In this document: positions 56,898 through 64,000 of the stretch, one piece after another
Layout of the letters: each line of letters begins with the position of its first letter
How positions within the stretch are numbered: the first letter of the stretch is position 1
Origin: a bacterium
GTDB taxonomy: Bacteria; Ratteibacteria; UBA8468; B48-G9; DTJG01
DNA length: 64,000 bases
Direction of reading: 5' to 3'
Assembly: GCA_026418655.1 (NCBI GenBank)
Contig: JAOAAW010000063.1
Location: forward strand, 9,835 to 73,834
Position numbers and translations under genes: made by a program
Notes under the pieces: model-generated
The model's input: only the letters and a program-made list of their open reading frames with translations
The model's database searches: none
Told to the model about the DNA's origin: nothing

Positions 56898-57923
56898 TTA
56901 AATGCTTCCAAGGAATCTCAAAACATCAAAGAAAAGCACCAGAATTCCTATTCCAATGATAAGCCCTGCAATAATCGCCAGTATCTTTTTGATATCCGGG
57001 CTGTAAACCTGCTGCGGAGGTACCGCCGTATCGAGTACCTGAATAAAAGGAGTGTTTTTTGTTTCATCCAGTTTTGCTGTTTCAAGCTGGGCTGTTAAAA
57101 ATGAATAAACGCTCTCCTGTGCTTTTAACTCTCGTAGAATTTGCGTGAGCCTGGTTTGATAAAATGTTAATCTATCAAGCTCTTTCTGCAGATCTTTTAT
57201 TTCCGCGTTCAGAAGAACAATCTCTGGCTGGTCAGGCTGATAAATCCTCTTCATTTTCTCCAGTTCAAGCTTTTTTGTGGCAAGTTTTGTCATCAATTCT
57301 GTTGCAAGTGCACTTATTTCTCCTGTATCTTTTATGGCAAGAAGTTTATTTGCCTGCTGAAGTTGATTCAGTTCCTCCTGGAGTTGTTGGAGGGCTTTAC
57401 CAGTACTTACCAGCCTTTCTTCTATAAATATACGATTTTTCTTTGCCGTGGTAATTGTCATTTCCTGTAATAACCTGTCCAGGTTTTTCCAGAAAAAATT
57501 TGCCATATCAGCAGCCCTAATGGGATCTCTATCTATCACGCTTATTGATATAACACGCTGGCCTGATGCTGATATATTGCAGCTTGCTCGTAATATCTCT
57601 CTAACCCTATCAACATTTGAAATACCATAAACTGATGAAAGATCAAACTTTTCTATGATGTCGTCATACATTCTTCTGCTTGTGAGTATGGACATAAATA
57701 GTTCGGTTCCTGTATCCTGAGTGTCTTTAGTTTTCTTGGTAACATCCAGTGTTTCAATACTTCCTATGGGTTTAAGAATGGCTGCTGTTGCTCTGTAATA
57801 TTTTGGTGAAATAAGATAATACAGTATACCCAGCAAAATACCGAGAATGAGAAACAGGAAAATAAAAAGTATGTGCCGCCTGACACTCATTACAACTTTC
57901 TGATTTCTGGTAATTTTTTCCAT
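56898..57923 (-). CDS. Wzz/GNVR-type polysaccharide co-polymerase
   Basis: Two terminal TMs, coiled coils, QVLDTAVPP; no kinase domain. Confidence 0.85.
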   Translation of the reverse strand: MEKITRNQKVVMSVRRHILFIFLFLILGILLGILYYLISPKYYRATAAILKPIGSIETLDVTKKTKDTQDTGTELFMSILTSRRMYDDIIEKFDLSSVYGISNVDRVREILRASCNISASGQRVISISVIDRDPIRAADMANFFWKNLDRLLQEMTITTAKKNRIFIEERLVSTGKALQQLQEELNQLQQANKLLAIKDTGEISALATELMTKLATKKLELEKMKRIYQPDQPEIVLLNAEIKDLQKELDRLTFYQTRLTQILRELKAQESVYSFLTAQLETAKLDETKNTPFIQVLDTAVPPQQVYSPDIKKILAIIAGLIIGIGILVLFFDVLRFLGSI

Positions 57924-59746
57924 CAGTCAATAATCATTTTCACGTAATACAACATTTGCAGGATGTCCTTCAGAATCTTGCCGGGTCTGTCTTTGGCAAG
58001 AAATCCAACGACTATAAAATCTCCAGGATCTATTTTTTTCAGGTCATTTGTTGCAGTGCCATTTGCTTTTATTATAAAAATATTTTTGACATCTGCATTT
58101 CTCGTAAAAGAACCTGCTTTTTCAATATAATACCTGATGTCTGCTCCTTCTTTATAAAGAACGTTTGCAGGATGATTAACCTCTCCAGCAACACTTACTA
58201 TATCTGGTTTTACTGGAATATGTATCCTGTCTCCGTCTTCAAGAACAAGGTCAGATTCAGAGCCTGCAAATTTATTCCAGGGTTCAAGATATACAACAAC
58301 TCTTCCTGTGACAGGCGCCTGAGCAAGCTGCTGGAGAAGTCCTTTACCTTTTTCTATAATTGCTTTTTCTTCTTCACTTACAGCTCTGCCTGCCTCCTTT
58401 TCAAGGGTTGCGCTTTTTTCAATTATGAATTTTTCAATCTCCTGCTTTTCTCTCTGTCTGGCAGAAACTCTTGTGAAAATCACACCATTGAGATATGCCT
58501 GGGAAGTAAATCCACCGGCCCTCTGTATTAACGAACTTAACCTCTCTCCAGGTACCAGGATATATTCCCCTGGAAATTTTATTTCTCCTGTTATGGTAAC
58601 CTTTTTAATTGGTCTATCCTTTGACCTCACAATAATCCTGTCTCTCGGTTTCAGCTCAACATTTCCGATTCTTCTTACAGCTTCTATAAGAGAAAATTGA
58701 ACTATCTCTCTTGTACCATCTGGTTTTTCCCTTATTATTTCAGCCTGCTCCTGAAGGGTCTCAGGCAAAAGGTCTGTCTCGCTGATAATATCTGCCACCT
58801 GAAGCCCTTTTTTCCACTGGTATTTGCCCGGGTTTTTTATTGTTCCTTCCACATCTACACAATCAATAATCTCCTTATTCAAAAATGAAATTTCAACCAC
58901 ATCTCCATCTGTTAGGACGAAACTATCAACCTCCTGTTTTTTCACAAGCTGTGGGAAAATATCTATAATTATTTTTCCTGCTGATGGATCATTGCGAAAA
59001 ACAGTTATTCTACGTGTATCAGCCTCAGGTAACAATCCACCAGCATATTCGAATAATCTCTGAAGAGTAATCGAACCATCTATTTCATATATTGCGGGCC
59101 TTCTAACTGCTCCTTTGATGCTGACAAAACCCTTTGCAAGCGGAACATAAACAATATCTTCTGGTTGAAAGTTTATTTCAGGAAGCATTCCACCAAGCAA
59201 AACAGGATACAAATCAATTTCTTTTCTCGTACCATCCTTGCTTATAACACTGATTTTTCTCAGGGTTCCACCAGAGTTGATACCACCTGCCATTGCAAGA
59301 ACTTCAAGAATAGTGGCTGATGCAGTAATGGTATGTGTTCCTGGTTTTTTGACCTCTCCTATCACAAAAACACAAATCAAACGGGGTTTTAGAAGGGTTA
59401 TCTCAATCTTTACATCTCTATAAATTTTATTAAATTTATCCTGGAGGTATTTTTTTGCCAGGTTAAGACTCTTACCGGATAAATGCAACTTGCCAATTTT
59501 AGAAACAAGGATATTGCCTTCTCTATCAATCTCCATCTGCTGTCGCATGTCAATCACACCCCAGGCTGCAATTTCAATCTGGTCTCCTGGTCCAAGCAGG
59601 TAATTTTCAGGAATAAACCTTCCTACCTCAGATGTGGTCAGATTCATATTTGAAAAAAAGTCCTGTCCAAAAACACGTAGCTCATCTGAAAATACCTTTA
59701 GTGCCAGAATTTGCGAAAAGAAAATTAACAAAAAAAATCTTTTCAT
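57923..59746 (-). CDS. Polysaccharide export protein (Wza/KpsD-like, multiple SLBB domains)
   Basis: Signal peptide, FGQDFF, YLLGPGD, repeated GEV..PG SLBB units. Confidence 0.9.
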   Translation of the reverse strand: MKRFFLLIFFSQILALKVFSDELRVFGQDFFSNMNLTTSEVGRFIPENYLLGPGDQIEIAAWGVIDMRQQMEIDREGNILVSKIGKLHLSGKSLNLAKKYLQDKFNKIYRDVKIEITLLKPRLICVFVIGEVKKPGTHTITASATILEVLAMAGGINSGGTLRKISVISKDGTRKEIDLYPVLLGGMLPEINFQPEDIVYVPLAKGFVSIKGAVRRPAIYEIDGSITLQRLFEYAGGLLPEADTRRITVFRNDPSAGKIIIDIFPQLVKKQEVDSFVLTDGDVVEISFLNKEIIDCVDVEGTIKNPGKYQWKKGLQVADIISETDLLPETLQEQAEIIREKPDGTREIVQFSLIEAVRRIGNVELKPRDRIIVRSKDRPIKKVTITGEIKFPGEYILVPGERLSSLIQRAGGFTSQAYLNGVIFTRVSARQREKQEIEKFIIEKSATLEKEAGRAVSEEEKAIIEKGKGLLQQLAQAPVTGRVVVYLEPWNKFAGSESDLVLEDGDRIHIPVKPDIVSVAGEVNHPANVLYKEGADIRYYIEKAGSFTRNADVKNIFIIKANGTATNDLKKIDPGDFIVVGFLAKDRPGKILKDILQMLYYVKMIID

Positions 59747-59822
59747 TTTTTCTCCGGTGTCTTATATGCATAAAATACCATTATCCAGAATTTCGTCAAG
59801 TTTTGCAGTGGTAAACAAAAAT

Positions 59823-59860
59823 GGGTACTGGTTTTTTATTCAATTACTTACTAGGTACCC
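59823..59860 (-). terminator. Possible intrinsic terminator after the aminotransferase gene
   Basis: GGGTAC...GTACCC imperfect stem with a long loop, followed by a T-rich tail on the minus strand. Confidence 0.35.
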
Positions 59861-59868
59861 TGGAAAGA

Positions 59869-61128
59869 CTATTTCATATAGGCCTTTGCCACCTTTTCAA
59901 ACGCATCAACATAAAGCTTCATATGGCTTTCATCATAAACAGGGTGCGTAAAAAAGCTCATTGTCCTTTCTGAAAGCCATTTTGCCTTCTTACACTCTAC
60001 TTTTGTATAATCAATCTGCCGTGCATTGGGATCTTTGAATGGATATTTCAATCTCCCAAAGCCATTCTGTTCAACATAGGCCTGTTCTTTATACATCTCA
60101 GGCCACTGTACTCCATAGACAGGTACTCCTTCTGCCTCCATTGCATTTACAAATTGTTTTACCGGTACTTTCAATCTTTCAGCATCAAGAACAAAGGGAG
60201 CCCACCAGAATGCATTCTGTCTCTCCTGGGTATCAACTGGTGGATAAAGCACAAGAGGATGGTCTTTCAAAGCGTTTATAAGATACTTTCCATTTCTCTT
60301 TCTGTTTGGTAGATTCCAGGTATCAAACCTTTCCAGTTCGCACAGCCCTATCAAAGATTGTATTTCGGTCATTCTGTAATTAAATCCTACCCTTCTATGA
60401 ATATATGTAAGTTTGGCTTCAAGCTCAAGAAGCCTCAACCTTTGCTGAACATCATATCCATGGTCTCTGAATGACTTACATTCCCAGTGAAGATTTTCAC
60501 CATTTGTAATAACAGCCCCTCCTTCGCCACCGGTTGTAAAATGCTTGCTCTGACAAAAGCTAAAACAACCAATATCTCCGATTGTTCCTGCCTTCTTTCC
60601 TTTGTAAACGCCGCCAAAACACTGGGCACAATCTTCAATCACATAAAGATTGTGTTTCCTTGCAATTTCAAGAATAGGATCCATGTCAGCAACAACACCA
60701 TATAGATGTACGACAAGAATTGCCCTTGTCCTTTCATTTATATGCTGTTCAATTCCTTTCGGATCAAGGGTATGGGATTCATCTACATCTGCAAACACAG
60801 GCAATGCTCCTGCCTGAAGGATACAGAAGGAAGAAGCAATAAATGAATAGGATGGACATATCACCTCGTCTCCAGGGCCTATTCCAAGGGCTGCAACAGC
60901 CGTATGAAGAGCACTGGTTCCATTGGTTGTGGTGATTGCGTATTTTGCACCATTCCATTTTGCCCATGCCTCTTCAAATTGCGTTCCGTAATTTCCTGTC
61001 CAGTAGTTGACTCTTCCTGTTTTCAATGGCTCAAGTGCCCTTTCAATAGTTTTTTCCGAGAACGCTGGCCACATTGGAAAGGGTTTATTGTTAATTTTTT
61101 CTCCGCCTTCAATTGCAAGTTTCGTCAT
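59869..61128 (-). CDS. DegT/DnrJ/EryC1/StrS PLP aminotransferase
   Basis: NGTSALH, GPGDEVI, IEDCAQ, SFCQSKHFTTGGEGG, GFNYRM. Confidence 0.94.
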   Translation of the reverse strand: MTKLAIEGGEKINNKPFPMWPAFSEKTIERALEPLKTGRVNYWTGNYGTQFEEAWAKWNGAKYAITTTNGTSALHTAVAALGIGPGDEVICPSYSFIASSFCILQAGALPVFADVDESHTLDPKGIEQHINERTRAILVVHLYGVVADMDPILEIARKHNLYVIEDCAQCFGGVYKGKKAGTIGDIGCFSFCQSKHFTTGGEGGAVITNGENLHWECKSFRDHGYDVQQRLRLLELEAKLTYIHRRVGFNYRMTEIQSLIGLCELERFDTWNLPNRKRNGKYLINALKDHPLVLYPPVDTQERQNAFWWAPFVLDAERLKVPVKQFVNAMEAEGVPVYGVQWPEMYKEQAYVEQNGFGRLKYPFKDPNARQIDYTKVECKKAKWLSERTMSFFTHPVYDESHMKLYVDAFEKVAKAYMK

Positions 61129-61167
61129 ATTTCCCTCCGTGTAAAATATCAGAAATTGTTTGAGAAT

Positions 61168-61195
61168 ATTTTAGCAATCCAATATGTTTTGTCAA
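61168..61195 (-). promoter_or_regulatory. Promoter for the aminotransferase
   Basis: Minus strand TTGACA-16 bp-TAAAAT with TGn extension. Confidence 0.55.
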
Positions 61196-61291
61196 AAATA
61201 ATTTTTAAGTATGCTGGTTTCTGCTAATTTCGTCCCCATACGTTTCTTAGTATTGAAAGATACTGGCACGTTTAAATTATGTCTATGGATG

Positions 61292-62029
61292 TTATTCCTT
61301 ACAAAGTTTAACAAGTCGGCCTGCGTTTTTTACAGCATAACCATAAAAGTCATTATTGAAATAAACAAACACTTCCTTTGTTTTTCTCCAGATTTTAATT
61401 TTAGACGAAAGTTCTTTCAGTTGGTTTTCAGAATATTCAGAAGCAAAAAGTTCTTGCGGTCCATGCATTCTCATATAAACAAAATCAGCAGTTATATTTT
61501 CCATTTCAGGATATCTTGAAGAATTCGCGATAACCCAACCAGCATTATATCTTTTAAGCAATTCACATATTTTTTCATTATCCCAGGAGGCGTGCCTGAA
61601 TTCAAATGATATTTTTATTTCATCTTTTGACAGTGAAAAAAAATTTTCAATTCTTTCCAGATTTTTTACATTATATCTGAAACTCGCAGGAAACTGAAAC
61701 AGGATTACACCAAGTTTCCTGCCCAGAATCTTTGCGCCATTAATAAATTTCCACCATTCTTTCTCAATTTCTGACAATCTTTTAATATGTGTAATGCTTC
61801 TATGAACTTTTACTGAGAAAATAAAATTGTCAGGCACCTGACAATACCAGTTTTTATAGGTTGTATCTTTCGGAAAATGATAGAAAGAAGAATTTATTTC
61901 AACTGTATTGAAATATCGGGAATAAAATTTTAGATATTCCTTTGATGAAAGATCTGCGGGATAGAATATTCCCTGCCAATCCTGATAGTTCCAGCCACTT
62001 GTCCCGATAAAAAGATTCTTATCAGGCAT
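61292..62029 (-). CDS. DUF72 domain protein
   Basis: IGTSGW.Y..W, TVEINSSFY, LFQFP, FEFRH.SW, YMRMHG, VYFNND. Confidence 0.93.
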   Translation of the reverse strand: MPDKNLFIGTSGWNYQDWQGIFYPADLSSKEYLKFYSRYFNTVEINSSFYHFPKDTTYKNWYCQVPDNFIFSVKVHRSITHIKRLSEIEKEWWKFINGAKILGRKLGVILFQFPASFRYNVKNLERIENFFSLSKDEIKISFEFRHASWDNEKICELLKRYNAGWVIANSSRYPEMENITADFVYMRMHGPQELFASEYSENQLKELSSKIKIWRKTKEVFVYFNNDFYGYAVKNAGRLVKLCKE

Positions 62030-63131
62030 ATAACTCTTCGATAAGAATTCTTCTCATCCTCAATGTACTAACAAAAGAACCTCTGCTTGTCTCACCGTCT
62101 ACACAATAGGATATCAAAACCGCGTCTTCAGTGAAATGAATAGCAGGATAACAAAAGCCGTGTCTGGGAGAATCTTCCAGAAGTTTATGATGCTTCCAAC
62201 TTTTTCCCTCGTCATCACTTATGGCACAGACCAGTGGAGTTCTTCCCCTTGAAATCGGCTCTGGCTTTTCTGTTTCAAATATTCTGCTATGGTCATTCCA
62301 GACAACCAGAAGGTCTCCTGTTTTTGGAATTCTTTTTACATGCATAGGACTTGATGGACTCACAAATTGAGATGGCTCAGGTTCAGTCCAGGTCTGTCCC
62401 TGGTCATCACTGAATGACTGCCATTGTCTTCCCTCTTCACCTGGCCTCGTCCATGACCATAATCTTCCATTTTTCAGTTCAATAACTCCTGGTTCCTGTA
62501 ATCCATGTCCTGAAGGAAAACACCTGTAGTAATTTGTCAAAGATTCAAGCCAGTTTTTACCTCCATCATCGCTTAAAAAGAAAAGAATCAGGGCAGGCGA
62601 AGAAAAAAAGCTTCTCACTTCTTCTCCAGGAATAAGAACCGAAGGACCCCTGTATCTGTGCAATGCAGCAGGAACAATAATACGACCGCATTTCATCTGT
62701 ATCATTCTGTCATTATTTACAACATAATAACCGGGTTCCCAGGCTATAGAAATCGGTTCAGAAAGGGTTTCAAGTTCATCTTCACTTGTACGAATATAGG
62801 GCATGCATATTTTTCTTCCATCCTTTCTGAGATAAACAACTGCTATTTTTCCGTCCTGAAGCCGCAGCAGGGAAGGGCTCATCACATTGGTTGTGCCTTC
62901 TTTTTGTATTAATACTTTGTCTTCTCTAGACCATGTTTTGCCATCATCGTCTGAATATTTTGTGGCAATCACTGCTTCAGCAAAATCTGAGGTTGAGCCA
63001 GAAAATTTTGACCAGGCAAAAACAATTCTTCCTGATTTTAATGTAATGAAACTTGCTTCACTATGCCTTGGATTTTGGTCTGTTGGGTCAATCTGTAAAA
63101 CTATCTTTCCTGGCTTTGTGTTGGTTTTCAT
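62022..63131 (-). CDS. BNR-repeat sialidase-family (GH33-like) protein, cytoplasmic
   Basis: Asp-boxes SDDDGKTW, SDDGGKNW, SDDQGQTW, SDDEGKSW; RTPL, CYP; start at MKTNTK after an SD. Confidence 0.85.
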   Translation of the reverse strand: MKTNTKPGKIVLQIDPTDQNPRHSEASFITLKSGRIVFAWSKFSGSTSDFAEAVIATKYSDDDGKTWSREDKVLIQKEGTTNVMSPSLLRLQDGKIAVVYLRKDGRKICMPYIRTSEDELETLSEPISIAWEPGYYVVNNDRMIQMKCGRIIVPAALHRYRGPSVLIPGEEVRSFFSSPALILFFLSDDGGKNWLESLTNYYRCFPSGHGLQEPGVIELKNGRLWSWTRPGEEGRQWQSFSDDQGQTWTEPEPSQFVSPSSPMHVKRIPKTGDLLVVWNDHSRIFETEKPEPISRGRTPLVCAISDDEGKSWKHHKLLEDSPRHGFCYPAIHFTEDAVLISYCVDGETSRGSFVSTLRMRRILIEELYA

Positions 63132-63144
63132 CTGTATCCTCCTG

Positions 63145-64000
63145 TTACAGTTCCCTGTCAAAACTTCTGTACTGCAGCGCTTCTGCAATATGACTCAGTG
63201 TTATTTTTTCTGATTCTTCAAGGTCTGCTATTGTCCTGGCGACCTTTAAAATTTTATCATAGCCCCTGGCAGATAGGTTCATTTTCTCAAGTGCTTCTTG
63301 AATAAATCTTTTACAGTCATCATCAAGGATACAAAATTGTTTCAATTGTTTTGTGTCCATATGCGCATTGCAGTAAATTCCTGTACCCCTGAATCTGTGA
63401 AATTGAATCTTTCTGCATTTTTCAACCCTTTTTCTGATGGTTTCTGAATCTTCACCACTGGAATCAGAAACAAGATGCCTTGAGCCAAGTGCTGAAACTT
63501 CAATATGGATATCTATCCTGTCAAGAAGTGGCCCGGAAACTTTTTTTCTGTATTTAATAATCTGCGGCACAGTACACCTGCACGGTCTTCTATCATCTCC
63601 GTAATAACCACATGGACAGGGATTCATTGCAGCTACAAGAAAGAATCTTGATGGGAATTCTATTTTCCCTTTTGCCCTTGAAACAACAACCCTTCCATCT
63701 TCCATTGGTTGTCTGAGTGCCTCCAAAACATCCCTGTGAAACTCTGGAAGTTCATCAAGAAACAAAACTCCATTATGCGCAAGGGATATTTCTCCTGGCT
63801 TTGGTATTGCGCCTCCACCTATAAGGGCAATATCTGAAATTGTATGGTGTGGTTGCCTGAAAGGCCTTGTAGTAACAATTCCTCCGTCAAGAATTCCAGC
63901 AACACTGTGTATTTTTGTTATTTCTATTGCCTCTTCAATTTCAAGAGAAGGAAATATTGTTGGAATTCTTTTCGCAATCATACTCTTGCCTGTACCAGGC
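63145..64000 (-). CDS. YifB/ComM Mg-chelatase-like AAA+ ATPase (5' part outside window)
   Basis: PGTGKSM at the window edge, PFRQPHH, GEISLAHNGVLFLDE, MNPCPCG, SGPLLDRID, LSARG. Confidence 0.95.
   Translation of the reverse strand, partial: PGTGKSMIAKRIPTIFPSLEIEEAIEITKIHSVAGILDGGIVTTRPFRQPHHTISDIALIGGGAIPKPGEISLAHNGVLFLDELPEFHRDVLEALRQPMEDGRVVVSRAKGKIEFPSRFFLVAAMNPCPCGYYGDDRRPCRCTVPQIIKYRKKVSGPLLDRIDIHIEVSALGSRHLVSDSSGEDSETIRKRVEKCRKIQFHRFRGTGIYCNAHMDTKQLKQFCILDDDCKRFIQEALEKMNLSARGYDKILKVARTIADLEESEKITLSHIAEALQYRSFDREL

Noticed and set aside
61129..61291. Intergenic gap checked for tRNA, ncRNA or CRISPR
   Set aside because: No cloverleaf, repeats or stable structure seen; partly explained by a promoter
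63145..64000. comM/yifB as a mobile-element insertion hotspot
   Set aside because: The visible part of the gene is uninterrupted and no integrase is adjacent

Overview
AT-rich, very gene-dense bacterial chromosome segment. Gene content suggests an anaerobic, glycan-degrading diderm, possibly PVC-affiliated (inference only). Housekeeping genes (dnaG partial, lepB, HU, tilS, rpmA, acpS-like, nnrD, tyrS, folP, ruvX, rnd, dnaX-ybaB-recR, partial YifB/ComM) are interleaved with many carbohydrate-catabolism genes: GH78, a sulfatase and its radical-SAM maturase, three Gfo/Idh/MocA dehydrogenases, two URO-D-family proteins, two ceramidase-like amidohydrolases, aldolases, a BNR sialidase and several orphan GH-like proteins. 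Polysaccharide export genes are also present. I saw no rRNA, tRNA, CRISPR array or transposase. The most unusual element is a purine-rich island of about 4.1 kb (about 8000-12121). It has a promoter with a G7 tract in its spacer and a 9-bp inverted repeat. Downstream is one large secreted multi-Ig protein ending in a metzincin-like domain, broken by two frameshifts, immediately followed by an intact exported HEAT-repeat gene. This resembles a phase-variable effector/partner (polymorphic toxin-like) locus. Other oddities are an AcpS lacking catalytic residues, a tail-shortened L27 without rplU, an N-terminally extended FolP, a ThuA-Gfo fusion and several apparently leaderless genes. All family calls come from motif recognition; no database searches were run.
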